Source: Prorocentrum cordatum (lineage: Eukaryota). Taken from it: DNA of 56,540 bases. Location: NCBI GenBank assembly GCA_963575745.1, contig CAUYUJ010000087.1, forward strand, positions 62,001 through 118,540, read 5' to 3'. Below are positions 23,808 to 34,100 of this stretch, one piece after another (within the stretch, counting starts at the first letter, position 1; the number at the start of each line of letters is the position of its first letter). The notes beneath the pieces are model-generated. The model did not search any database. It was given only the letters and a program-made list of their open reading frames with translations, and was not told where the DNA came from. Both the position numbers and the translations under genes were made by a program.

Positions 23808-23945
23808 TTCGTCGTCGACGTCGTCGTCGTCGTCGACGGGGTCGTGGTCGTCATCGTCGTCGTTGTTGCCGTCGTTGTCGTCGTCGGTCGTCGCTGTCGC
23901 CATCGCAGTCGCCGTCGCCGCCGTCGTCGCCGTCGTCGTCGTCGA
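23808..23945. repeat. (GTC)n trinucleotide tract
   Basis: Directly visible; reverse complement of the (GAC)n tract at 22903-23000. Confidence 0.9.
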
Positions 23946-24124
23946 AAACCGAAGTTCGACAACCCACGTTCGAGATACTTCTGGACCGTTCTGCGCTGCT
24001 GCGTCAAGTCCCTCTGCAGCGGGAAGGGAGGTGGGGAGGGGGAGAACATCAGCAGCCATATCAGTTCTTATGCCCCAAAAAGCAAAAGAAGGCTGGGGCA
24101 TAAGAACTGTTCGCCTCGAGCGGC

Positions 24125-24153
24125 TTAGAACATGCGGTCCTGCGCCCATTTGG

Positions 24154-24186
<33 letters not shown>

Positions 24187-24760
24187 TCGCGACCCCATAG
24201 AAAGCTCCACCGAAGGCAACAGCGGCAGGCTTCACATGCGATTCCCCACCCATTGCGGCACACCCCTCACACGTCGCGTGGCCCACAGGGAGCTCCACCG
24301 AAGGACCCAGTGGCAGAGTCCACATGCGGCTCCCCGCCCATTTGGGCACATCCCTCACACGTTTCGTGTCCCCATACGGAACTCCACCGAAGGCCCCGGC
24401 GGCAGGGTCTAAATGTTGTTGACCACCCATTTCGCCACATCCCTCACACGCTTCATGTCCCCATAGGAAGATCCTCCGAGAGCCCCAGTGGCAGGGTCCA
24501 CATGCGGTCCTCCGCCGAATGGGACACACCCATCACACGTTCCGTGGCCCCACATAAGGGGGCTTCACTGAGGACCCAGTGGCAAAGTCCACATGCGGTT
24601 CCCCACCAATTTCGCGATACCCCTCACACGCTTCGTGGCCCCGAACGGAGCCCCACCGAAAGCGGTGCCCACAACGCGGTATTCACAACAGCATGTGGTT
24701 GGGCTTCTCGCCAAGAAATGTTTACAATGGTGGCCTACAGTCAGCATGGAGGTTGGGAGC
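24125..24760. repeat. ~90-bp tandem array plus right terminus, same subtype as 20634-21150
   Basis: Units with GTCCACATGCGG..CACACCCCTCACACG..GCCCCATAG; ends GCGGTATTCACAACAGCATGTGGTTGGG (to 24703), homologous to 22454-22481. Confidence 0.75.
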
Positions 24761-24981
24761 GGTAAGGAGCCCACGCGCGGCTCTGGTAATTTTCATGTTG
24801 TCCCCGACGTGCGTGCTAAAGTCGCTAAAGTGTAAATGTTGATCTAGAGTTGGTTTTGGCTGTAGTTTCAAACGTCGTGGTGGCTACAGTTTTAGTGTCG
24901 GCACCAGCGTCAACGTCTGTTGAAGTTCTGGCTAACCTCAGCCACGGTGAAGCGCGTCATGTGTACTGCTGCCGTCGGTTA

Positions 24982-25086
24982 TTGTATAGTCTGATTGGTT
25001 GTAGACTGCAGGTTAAGTGGGAGGGGGTGTGGGCTCAGGTAGCCATTTGGGGTCCGTAGCGTTCGGCTCTGGCCGACGCGCGGGTG
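24982..25086 (+). repeat. Split direct repeat A1 (105 bp)
   Basis: Matches 40247-40351 apart from one substitution (ATTTGGGG vs ATTTTGGG). Confidence 0.95.
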
Positions 25087-25159
25087 TTCCAGGGGGCCGC
25101 GGGGCGGCCATAACCACAGCCGTGCTAGTCCGCGGACTAGGTAGCGCGCCTGTGGTGCC

Positions 25160-28100
25160 ATGGCTGTGGGCTTCCTGGGGGCGCACCTGATGATCTTGGT
25201 TACGGGCGGCGCTCTTACGGTCCAAGGGGCACTTGGCTGGCTGCCATTCGGGCGCGGGGGACATGAGGTCCCAGCGCCGACGCCGCCAGCCCTGCCCGGG
25301 CCGACAGCGCCGCCGGCAGGCGGTGGGGGGCGAGGCAAGGGGCGAGGACCGCCCGCCAAGCCCGCGCCTGCAGGGGGAAAGGGGCGAGGGCCGCAGGCCA
25401 AGCCCCCGGGGACGCCGGGCGTCCCACCGCCGCCGCGGTCAGGGTCGACTACAACGACCACGACCGCGGGCATCGGGCGCGTAGGCGAGGGCGAGCCCAC
25501 AGGCAGCCCAGCTACGCCGGCATACGGAGGTAACAACGAGCCCACGGGCGCGCCTGGGCAGCCGTCCGCCCCGGGAAACCGGACGGGCGATGGTGAGCCT
25601 GACCTGCCGCGTGGGCCGGACGGGTATTGGGGGTGGAGTGGTTGGGTCCCGCACCTGCCCCATTGGTGGGCTGGCCGGAGCGAACCCCCACCGCCGCCGC
25701 CGCCACCTACACCGCCCCCGGAGGCAGGGCCGGGTCCCGGTTGGGGCTTCGCAGCCTGGGTCTTCGAGGTCGTGGGCTATGGAGCGTGGGTAAGCTCCCC
25801 CGACCACCCGGGCACGATCCGCACGAGTGGCGGATGGTTTGGATCCGCCGTCGACCGCCTGGGCGTTAAGATGCTTGGGTATTGGTGGGAGACCGCGGTC
25901 TTATGCTTTGCCCTAGGCATCTTCACGTTCGTGTTGGGTGCCCTGGCCTTCATCGTCAACACCGCAGCCCAGCCTATGCTGTGGGCTGCCGGGGGACTCC
26001 GCTGGGCGTGGTACCAGATTACCCGGTGCTGCCAGCGACGCGGAGGGGATGGGCCTGGCGCCCATCTTCCCCCACCCCCTCCGACCCCCTTGCTGGTGCG
26101 CTGGCGCGGGCCGGGCTTGGGCGGCGTGGTGGAGACAGAGTTCTACACAAAGGGGGTCCGCGGCCGAGGGACCAATCGGGCGTACAACCACGTGCTGCTG
26201 CGTAAGCACGGGCAGGTGGCCCGCATCAGCTGCAACTTCGCGGACCGGTACCGATTGGACCGCCACGGGCTCAACATCAAGATCGGGCAGGTCCTGGGGT
26301 GCACCAGTCGCAAGTGGCGGCTGAACCTCGAGGAGACAGGGAATGTGCATCTATGTCGTGCTGTCGAGTGCGCCTCCTGTCCAGTGGCGCATCCCATGCA
26401 CGTCGACCAGTACGCGGCCATTGACCACACACAGATCGTGGACTTGGCTGAGCACGGAAGGGCCACGGCCTGCCGAGCAGTCGGCGTGGGACTCCGGAAG
26501 GTATTCGGGGTCGTCAAGTGGCTGCTTTGCTCACCCTGGTCGGTACTCGGATGGCTGTGCCGGGGCCGGCCGGAGCCCCGCTACATCACCGACGCCACGG
26601 GCTATCGCCGCCTGGACATCGACTCGGAGAGCGAGGTGGAGGCGGAGGAGCGCCCCTGCCAAGCCGCACAAGTTGGGGCGCAGCTCGCGGGTGGCGCACG
26701 CCCCCTCCAGCCGGAGGGGTGCGGCGACCGAGGGATGCAGGAGGCCACTGTCCTGCTACAGGAGGACGCGGAGGTGTCGGACGTTCCTCGGCCGGGGCAT
26801 TGTCTCAATGCACAGGTGCACCTCTGCGCCCACCATGCGCAGAAGTATCGGTCTACCCTGATCGGCCGCAAGTGCAGCCTCCCCACTTGTCTCCGCATGG
26901 CGAAGGGTAGCTGCGGGGGGGCCCCGATGTGCGGGGAACATCTCCGACGGGACGAGGGTCACACCGTGCGCGTCGAGGCGACGGTCCAACCTGGGATCCT
27001 CGGGGGCCTGCGCCGCCGCATGCGGGCGCGGGCTCCAAGCCCCGCCAGGGTGCGCGATTGGACCGCGCACGCTGCCGATGGGGTTGGCATTGCGCCCGAG
27101 CCGGTCTACCCCCCGCCTCTACCTCCCCCCGCTGCACCGCCACCGCCCGCCGTGGCCCCATCTGTCGATGTGGAGCCCACGGGGGCGCAGGCCCTAACCT
27201 CGGGGCCGCAGCCGCGTCGCACACGCTCCGCGGAAGCTAGGGCCAGCGGACGCTCACGGTCTGCCGACCGCGGGGCCCCGGGCGATCGGATCGCCCACCA
27301 CGGGTGGCTTCAGGAGCCCCTACTCGTGAAGGTCTGCCCGATACTCCCGGGCGACCCTCGGGGAGCCGAGGAGGCGTACGGCGCGCCCCCGGCGAGTCCT
27401 TGGTTTATTCTATTGGGAGAATGCGAGGGGCTCGACGTACGGGGCACTGGCGGGGACGCCAGACTTATCATCGGGACTAGCCTCGAGGGCGTCAGGGTGG
27501 AGGTCCCAGCCAGCGAGGTCGTACGGCACCCCCCTCCGCTGGAGGACGGGCGCTACCCGATAGATTGGATCAATCGGCTGCTGTACGAGGTCCCCCAAGG
27601 GGCTCGGGAAGTGGGGTTGCGTGTCATCGCCCACCACATCCCGCAGGATCTGCTGGCGATGTTACGCCAGGAGCAGTGGGACGGTGTGGACGTGGAAAGC
27701 GCGAGCGGCTGGAGGCGGCGCTACCTGACGAACACGGAGCGCCAGCAGCTGCAGCACGACCCTGTGCGCACACTCGGCCACCATCGGCGGGGTGGCGCGC
27801 AGGGGGCGCCGCCTGCGCCCGGGATGGAGGGCTTGCCCCGCCCCGCCCCCGTGGCGGCACTGTCGCGCTTAGCGGCGGCCGCCGCCGGCGTGAGCGAGGA
27901 CGCCGAGGAGCCCGACCCGCTCGAAATGTTCATGGACTCCTTGCGAGCCGAGGATCTCAAAGGACGGGGGGGCCAAGCGGCGGCTCTCAGTGCATTAGGT
28001 ATGGCCGCGGACCTGCTCGGGGTTCCGCTTGATCAGGCGGAGCGGCAGCTGCGGCGGAGGGTCGCACAGGTGGCAGCGGCGGGCCCACTGGGGTCCGACC

Positions 28101-31100
28101 TAGAGCGCGCCCTCGCGGATTTGGAGGATGCGCAGCTGGAAGCGCGCGCGCGGGAGCGTGCTGCGGCCGCCGACAAGGTTCCCCTGCAGGGGAGCCTCTC
28201 ACGTGAGGGGTCGCGGAGTCGCTCGGCGCGGGGACGGGATCCCAGCCCGAAGCAGGGACCCCGACGCGAGCTCTTCGGTGCCATGCCCCCCATCCAACCC
28301 ACGGGCCCACGACGGGGCTTGCTGGGTGATCGGGACCTGCTGGCACGCGATGGACGCGGGGGGGCCGCCCGTGGGGCCAATCCGCTCCTCGACGGGGCCT
28401 CGGTCCTTGGCCACCTCACTGGCCAGACGCCCCACGGGGGCGGCCTGGGTGGGGAGCGAGCTGGGGGTCCAGACGACGCCGGGGCGGCGGGCGCCCTGGG
28501 CGGGCTTACAGTCGAGGCCGAAGCCCAGATTATCGAGCGCCTGGATCGCCAGAACCGCCTCACTGAACGCCACGTCCTCGCCGCCGAGCGGCAGGCGCGG
28601 GCCACCGAGGGCGACAAGAAGGCCCGGGGCACCAGGGCAGGGATCGGTCGGGACGAGGAACTCGATCTTTACATAGCCCGGGGATGCAACACCTTCGTGG
28701 TTGAGGCCTGCGAGGGTATCACGGGGAAGGACTTGTTCGACTCACTCAAGCGCATGTGTGCGCACTCCAAGAGCACGCTCAAGACGATCGGGTTTCCCTG
28801 CCTGGTTACCAACCGTGTGGCACACGGCTACGCGGCGCTCGCCTTCGGGACGGGCCCTCACGACCTGGCGGTGGACGACTGCGTCCCCGCGCGTGACGAG
28901 GACTTCGATGGCTATCGGCTCCCTGTGGACGACAAGCTGGAGCCCCGCCAACGGCCCGCCACCCACATGGCGACCTGGTTCAAGAGGGCCCGGTGCGAGA
29001 TCCAGATGTTCGAGTCCATCATAGGGGTCGCACACGGGGCGGAGCGTCGGCGGTCGTTGGGGTTCTTGGAGGCGGCCTTCGAGAGGGACCCATCGGAGTT
29101 CCCAGACCATTGGGTCAAGGATCTGTGGGAAGAGCTCCGAAGCACCTGGGTCGAGGAATTGCGGGAGCTGAGGCGCCGACTCTGTCGAGAGCTCGACACC
29201 GAGAACCCGAGGAGGGAGGACATCAAGTATATCCTACTCATGCCGGAGAACGGCTACGATTTGCCCCGAACGTTCGACCTCGGGGACCCGAACGCCTACT
29301 ACCAGCAGGTGGTCGTGCCCCGGCGCAAGGCCGCACTCACGCGCCTCCTCAATGGGCAGCTGAACGCCCACCTCACGAAGCGACCGCCCAAAGCGGGAGG
29401 GAGCGAGGAAATGGGCGATCCCCGGCCCACGGCGCAGGGGGATGACAGGCCCAAGGCGGGGGCTGGGCCCCAGCCGAAGGCGGGGCCCAAGGCGGGCACC
29501 GGGGCCCCAGCGGGGACAGCCCCCAAGAGGGCGTACCCAGCGGGCAAGGAACTAACACGCCCGGAGCGGACGCGATCCGTGGCGCATGCGCCCCGCAATA
29601 AAGACAACGTCCCTATCTGCTGGGGGGCCACCACGCACATGGGCTGCTCGCGGAAGGCTTGCGATTGCCCTAACTCCCATGACCCCATCAAGTCAACGCG
29701 CGGATTGGACTACTCGGTAGTCATGCAGCTCACGAGGCGCGGGGGGCTCCTTGGGACGCCCCGGATCGATCCCAAGCAGGTGGATGGGATGATTGCGCAG
29801 CTGCGCTCGCAAGCCAAGGCAGCCGAGGCCGAGAAGGTTGGCGAGGACACTTCCCCACCTGCTCCCCCTGACTCCCAGAAGGAAAAGGGCCGGGGCCGTG
29901 GCGGCGGCTCGCGAGCAGCGGGCGACCCGGGCCCGGGGCAGGCCCCGGACGACTACACCGCGCTCCAGCTTACCGCGATGGAATCCGACCTCCGGGAAGC
30001 GGTTAAGGGCCCCGACTTCGGATGGCTCGAAGACCACGACCACCCGCGCGCGGCGGCCACTTGGGACGCCCAGCCCGCGGGTGATGGGCCGGAGCTTCGC
30101 CTCAAACTCATGCAGGAGCTCGAAGCCGAGGGCATCTTCGCACCTCTGAAGGGAGCCAGCGAGTACTTGCAGAGCCACGTGCGCGGGCGCGTCTTGGGGG
30201 CGCGCCTGCGCGGGGAGCGGCTTACTCTGGAGCGAGCCCTCGAGGAAGCCGTGGACCGAGGCCATCGGGGTCTCAGCAGCGAGGCAGCCGACCTGCATGA
30301 GGCGCTTAGCTGCGCCGCAGGATACGTCACCGAGGGCGGGGCCGAGGTTGGCCCGGTTGCGTGGGACCCCGGCGGGCTGATAGGCCGCGGGTCATATACC
30401 TTCTGGGACGGGGACACCCGCATCCAGTGGGACTTCATCGACTATCGGGACCGCCTCGGCCCTACAGAGGAGATGGGCCAGGCGATGGGCCTGGAGGTGG
30501 GCGACACCGAGGAGCGGCAGTGCCTGCTACTGCACGTAGCTGCGGGGGTGCTCCTGCTACGCGCGGGCGAGGGCACAGGTGAGCCCAGCCCGGACGCGGT
30601 GCAGCAGTTGGCCGCGACGTATCGCCATGCACTATGGGAGGAGGCCCACGAGGCCCTGCGTGCCCTGGGCGACTCCCCGCCGTGGATCACGGCCCTGGAG
30701 GCCGATGTCCGCTCCTACGTCCACGATGCGGTGCACCCGCACCACGACAAGGACTATCGCTGCCTGGCAGCATGCCCTGTCGCCGACCTCGACGCCGTCA
30801 CGCTCCAGGTGCACCGTGTCAACGGCAGTGGGCGCCTATGCGTGGACCACCTAATGGGAACGGGCGTCGGCGCGGAGGATCACGTAATTCCGCTCCTGAT
30901 CTGGCGTGGCCATATGCGCGCCTTGCGCCCACGCTCCCACGCGGAGGCGGCGGCCCTAGGCCAGCGCTGGGGGCACGCAGGACGCCTGTCCCGCGAGATC
31001 GTAAGTGTCGGCTGGCGCGAGATGCTCGATGAAGGCCCGGACGTTGAACCCACCGTCCCGGGCAAGAGCGCGCCCTGCACCCACTGCAAGGCAGCGGAAG

Positions 31101-34100
31101 GTCGGGCGGGCCGCGCAGTGGGACGCGCGCCGGCCTCGTTCGGGGAACATCCAGCCGACGTCCAGGCACGCCTCCTGGAGGCGAACGCGATGCCACTTCG
31201 ACACGACCCCGCGTTCGCGTACGGTTTGATCGCCCAGGAGGTGTACGCCGGTTCGGGAAATTGGTCGGCCGCGCTTCGCGCCGAGGGCATCCGGGTGCTG
31301 GAACCGATCGAATATTACGACGACCCCCTCCGAGAATCCGGCCCACGGCCGGATCATGACACCCTCGACCCAGCGGTCCGCGCGCGCCTACAGGAGGCCG
31401 CACGGACCCCCATGGGCCCCGACGTGGCCAACGTTTGGTGCTGGGGTACCCCGTGTGGCTCGTACACCGACCTCGGGCTCATGACCCAGCCGGGCGGGAC
31501 CCCGCAGGGCACCCGCACGTGGGAGCACCCCGAGGGGGATGGCTCCAAAGAGTTCGAGCGCGTGGGTAACAGCCACACACAGTTCACGTGCGACACCTGC
31601 CGCATCCTACACGACGCTGGCAAGGAGTTTCTCATCGAGTCCTCCTGCCCCTCGGGCCGCTACCCCAAGATTTGGGACCAGGCCCCGATGCACGAGCTGC
31701 GTCGAGCGACGGGGGCCATGATCGTCCCGATCCACATGTGCGCCTGGGGTAAGGCCCCGTCCGACGCGCCAGAGAGCCGCTATCGCAAGGGCAGCTGGTG
31801 GCTCGTCAGCCCCCGGCTGTATCTGCACGCTCTGTTGTTGGCGCGACGTTGCCCCCGTGACCACCACCACGTCGAGCTGAAGGATCACGTGCCGGGCTCG
31901 GGCATTAAGCGCACCAAGGAGGCGCAGGTTTGGGCCCCCCGCCTTTGCGCCGCGTGGGCAAAGGTGTTGAAAGGGGCCTATCACCGCTGGTCGGTGAGCC
32001 AACTGCGTCGGCAGTTGGCGCCTATATGGGAGGATGGCCCGGGGGCGTCCCCCAAAATCGCCCGGGCGGAGGCGCCCGGGCGCCTGCAGGGCGTCGACTT
32101 CACTGGAATCGAGCGCCTGCAGGCCTCAGGGGACGGCTCAAAATGCGGTAGGCTTAGCCCAGCCATGCACCGAGCATTGGCGGGGCTTCCTAAGCCCCCA
32201 TTGGGCAAGGCACAGGGGGAGGTGAGTGCGGGCAAGACTCGACCCCCTTGCGAGGATCCGGCCAGAGATATCGCGGAGGACCTCGACGGGTGCAGCCCGG
32301 CGGAGCTGGCCACGGTCTACCTGACCTTCTGCACGGAGCACCCTGAGTATGACCCCGAAGCCATGCGGACCCTGGTAGGGCTGGGGGATCAGCTCCTCCA
32401 GCGGACGGGGTCCCTGAAGGAAGCGGCCGCGCTGCTTAGGCGCGCGCGCCACGAGCGCCTAGGCAACCCCCTTCGGGGCGTCCTGGGGGACAAGGTGCGA
32501 CGGTGTTTAAGCCGAGAGCACTTCGAGTACGTCCGGGAGCTAGCGGAAGGGGGAGCCTCCGCGCGGCGGGGCGCGCCGCGGAGGCGCGAGCGAGCCCAAC
32601 CGTACCCCAGCGTGCGAGCCCACATCGACGAGGCCTACCAGAAGGTATGGGCGGATGTGACCTGGGGGATCGTCCTGGTGGCGTCCCAGGCGGCAGAGGG
32701 TTTTCTGACGGAGCTGGTGGAAGCCCCGCTGGGGAGGGTACCGAAGCAGCTACCGGACAGAACCTTATCGTCCGAAGGGCGTATGATCCATGCGATGCTC
32801 TCGGCCAACGCCGCCACACACAAGCGCGACCACCCGCCTGCCGTCCAGCCACGCCATCGGCAAGTGGCGAGGACGGCGGTATGGCATCGCGCGCGCCACC
32901 CCGGAGCGCGCCTCCTCTGCGCCAAGCGGGACGTCTCGCGGGCCTTCAAGTGGTTGGACATCGCCCCGGCGGACGTCGGGGACTTTGGCACCTCGTTACC
33001 GGGGGCCCACGCTGGCATCGAGGGGGACGTCAGAGTCGTTTACCTAGCCATGGTGTTTGGGTGGACGGGAGCCCCAGGCAATTACATGATGCTCGCCCTG
33101 GCGGCGAGGGAGCTCCACGAGAGCTATCGGCCTGGGGGGCCGCACTGGCACGACACCACCCACTTCCACTCGGAGTGGCTCATGGATGACCCTGTGGTGG
33201 TGGAGCCCGACATTGGGGTCCGACCGTGGATGGCCTGCGACGCATTGGATGCCTCCATACGTGAGGTGTTTGGGTCCGAAGCAGTGAACGTCAGCAAGAG
33301 GGACGCCGAGGGGGAGCCTTCCACCACGCAGATTATCTGGGGGCTCAGTATGGACTTCGAGCGCGAGCGAGTTGGACTCCCGGAGCCCAAGGCCATGAAG
33401 ATGCGCTTCCTATTGGCGGAGCCGGAGCTGAGCTTCGGCTGCCGCATGGTCCGGCTGCGAACCGCGAGGGAGCTAAGTGGGCTCGGCCAGTTCTGCGCCT
33501 GCGCAGCTCCAGCCCTGAGCCTGGAGCTCCCAGCGGTCCACCGAATGCTGTCGGGTGACCCAGGTCAGGCCTACGTCCATCCGCCGGGCGACCCCGAGAT
33601 GGTAGAGGCTGCGTGGGACGATTGGCACCAGACCTTGGATTGGCTGCGCGTCTGCTTTGAGATGCCGGTCGAGGGTAACTTCGAGACCTCCTTCGAGGGC
33701 CTGCTAGGCCTTCGCGAGGCCCTCGCACTCCCGGGGGCGCTCGGCAAGCTGCGCTGGCTGGGAGGCGATGCCACCCTGGATCGGATCGGTGCGCTGGACT
33801 GGTCCTCGCGCGAGTACATCGTGGCGGAGGCGGCTCCCTATCTGGAGACGCTCCGCTCCGCCCCTGGGGTCACTTGGCAGGGGGAGGGGGAGATCATCGC
33901 GGTGGTCGAACTCCTCTGTCTGATAGCCTTGGCGGCCGAGAAGGGCCCGGACTGGTTCCAGCTGCTATTGCCGTACGTCACTGACAACAGCAATGTCAGC
34001 CGCTGGCTGCGACGCCGCCGGGCGCGGAACGCGGTGGCGCGCCACCTGCTTCGAGTCCTGGCCATGCTGGAGCTACGGTACAAGTTCCGGGTCCTGGACG

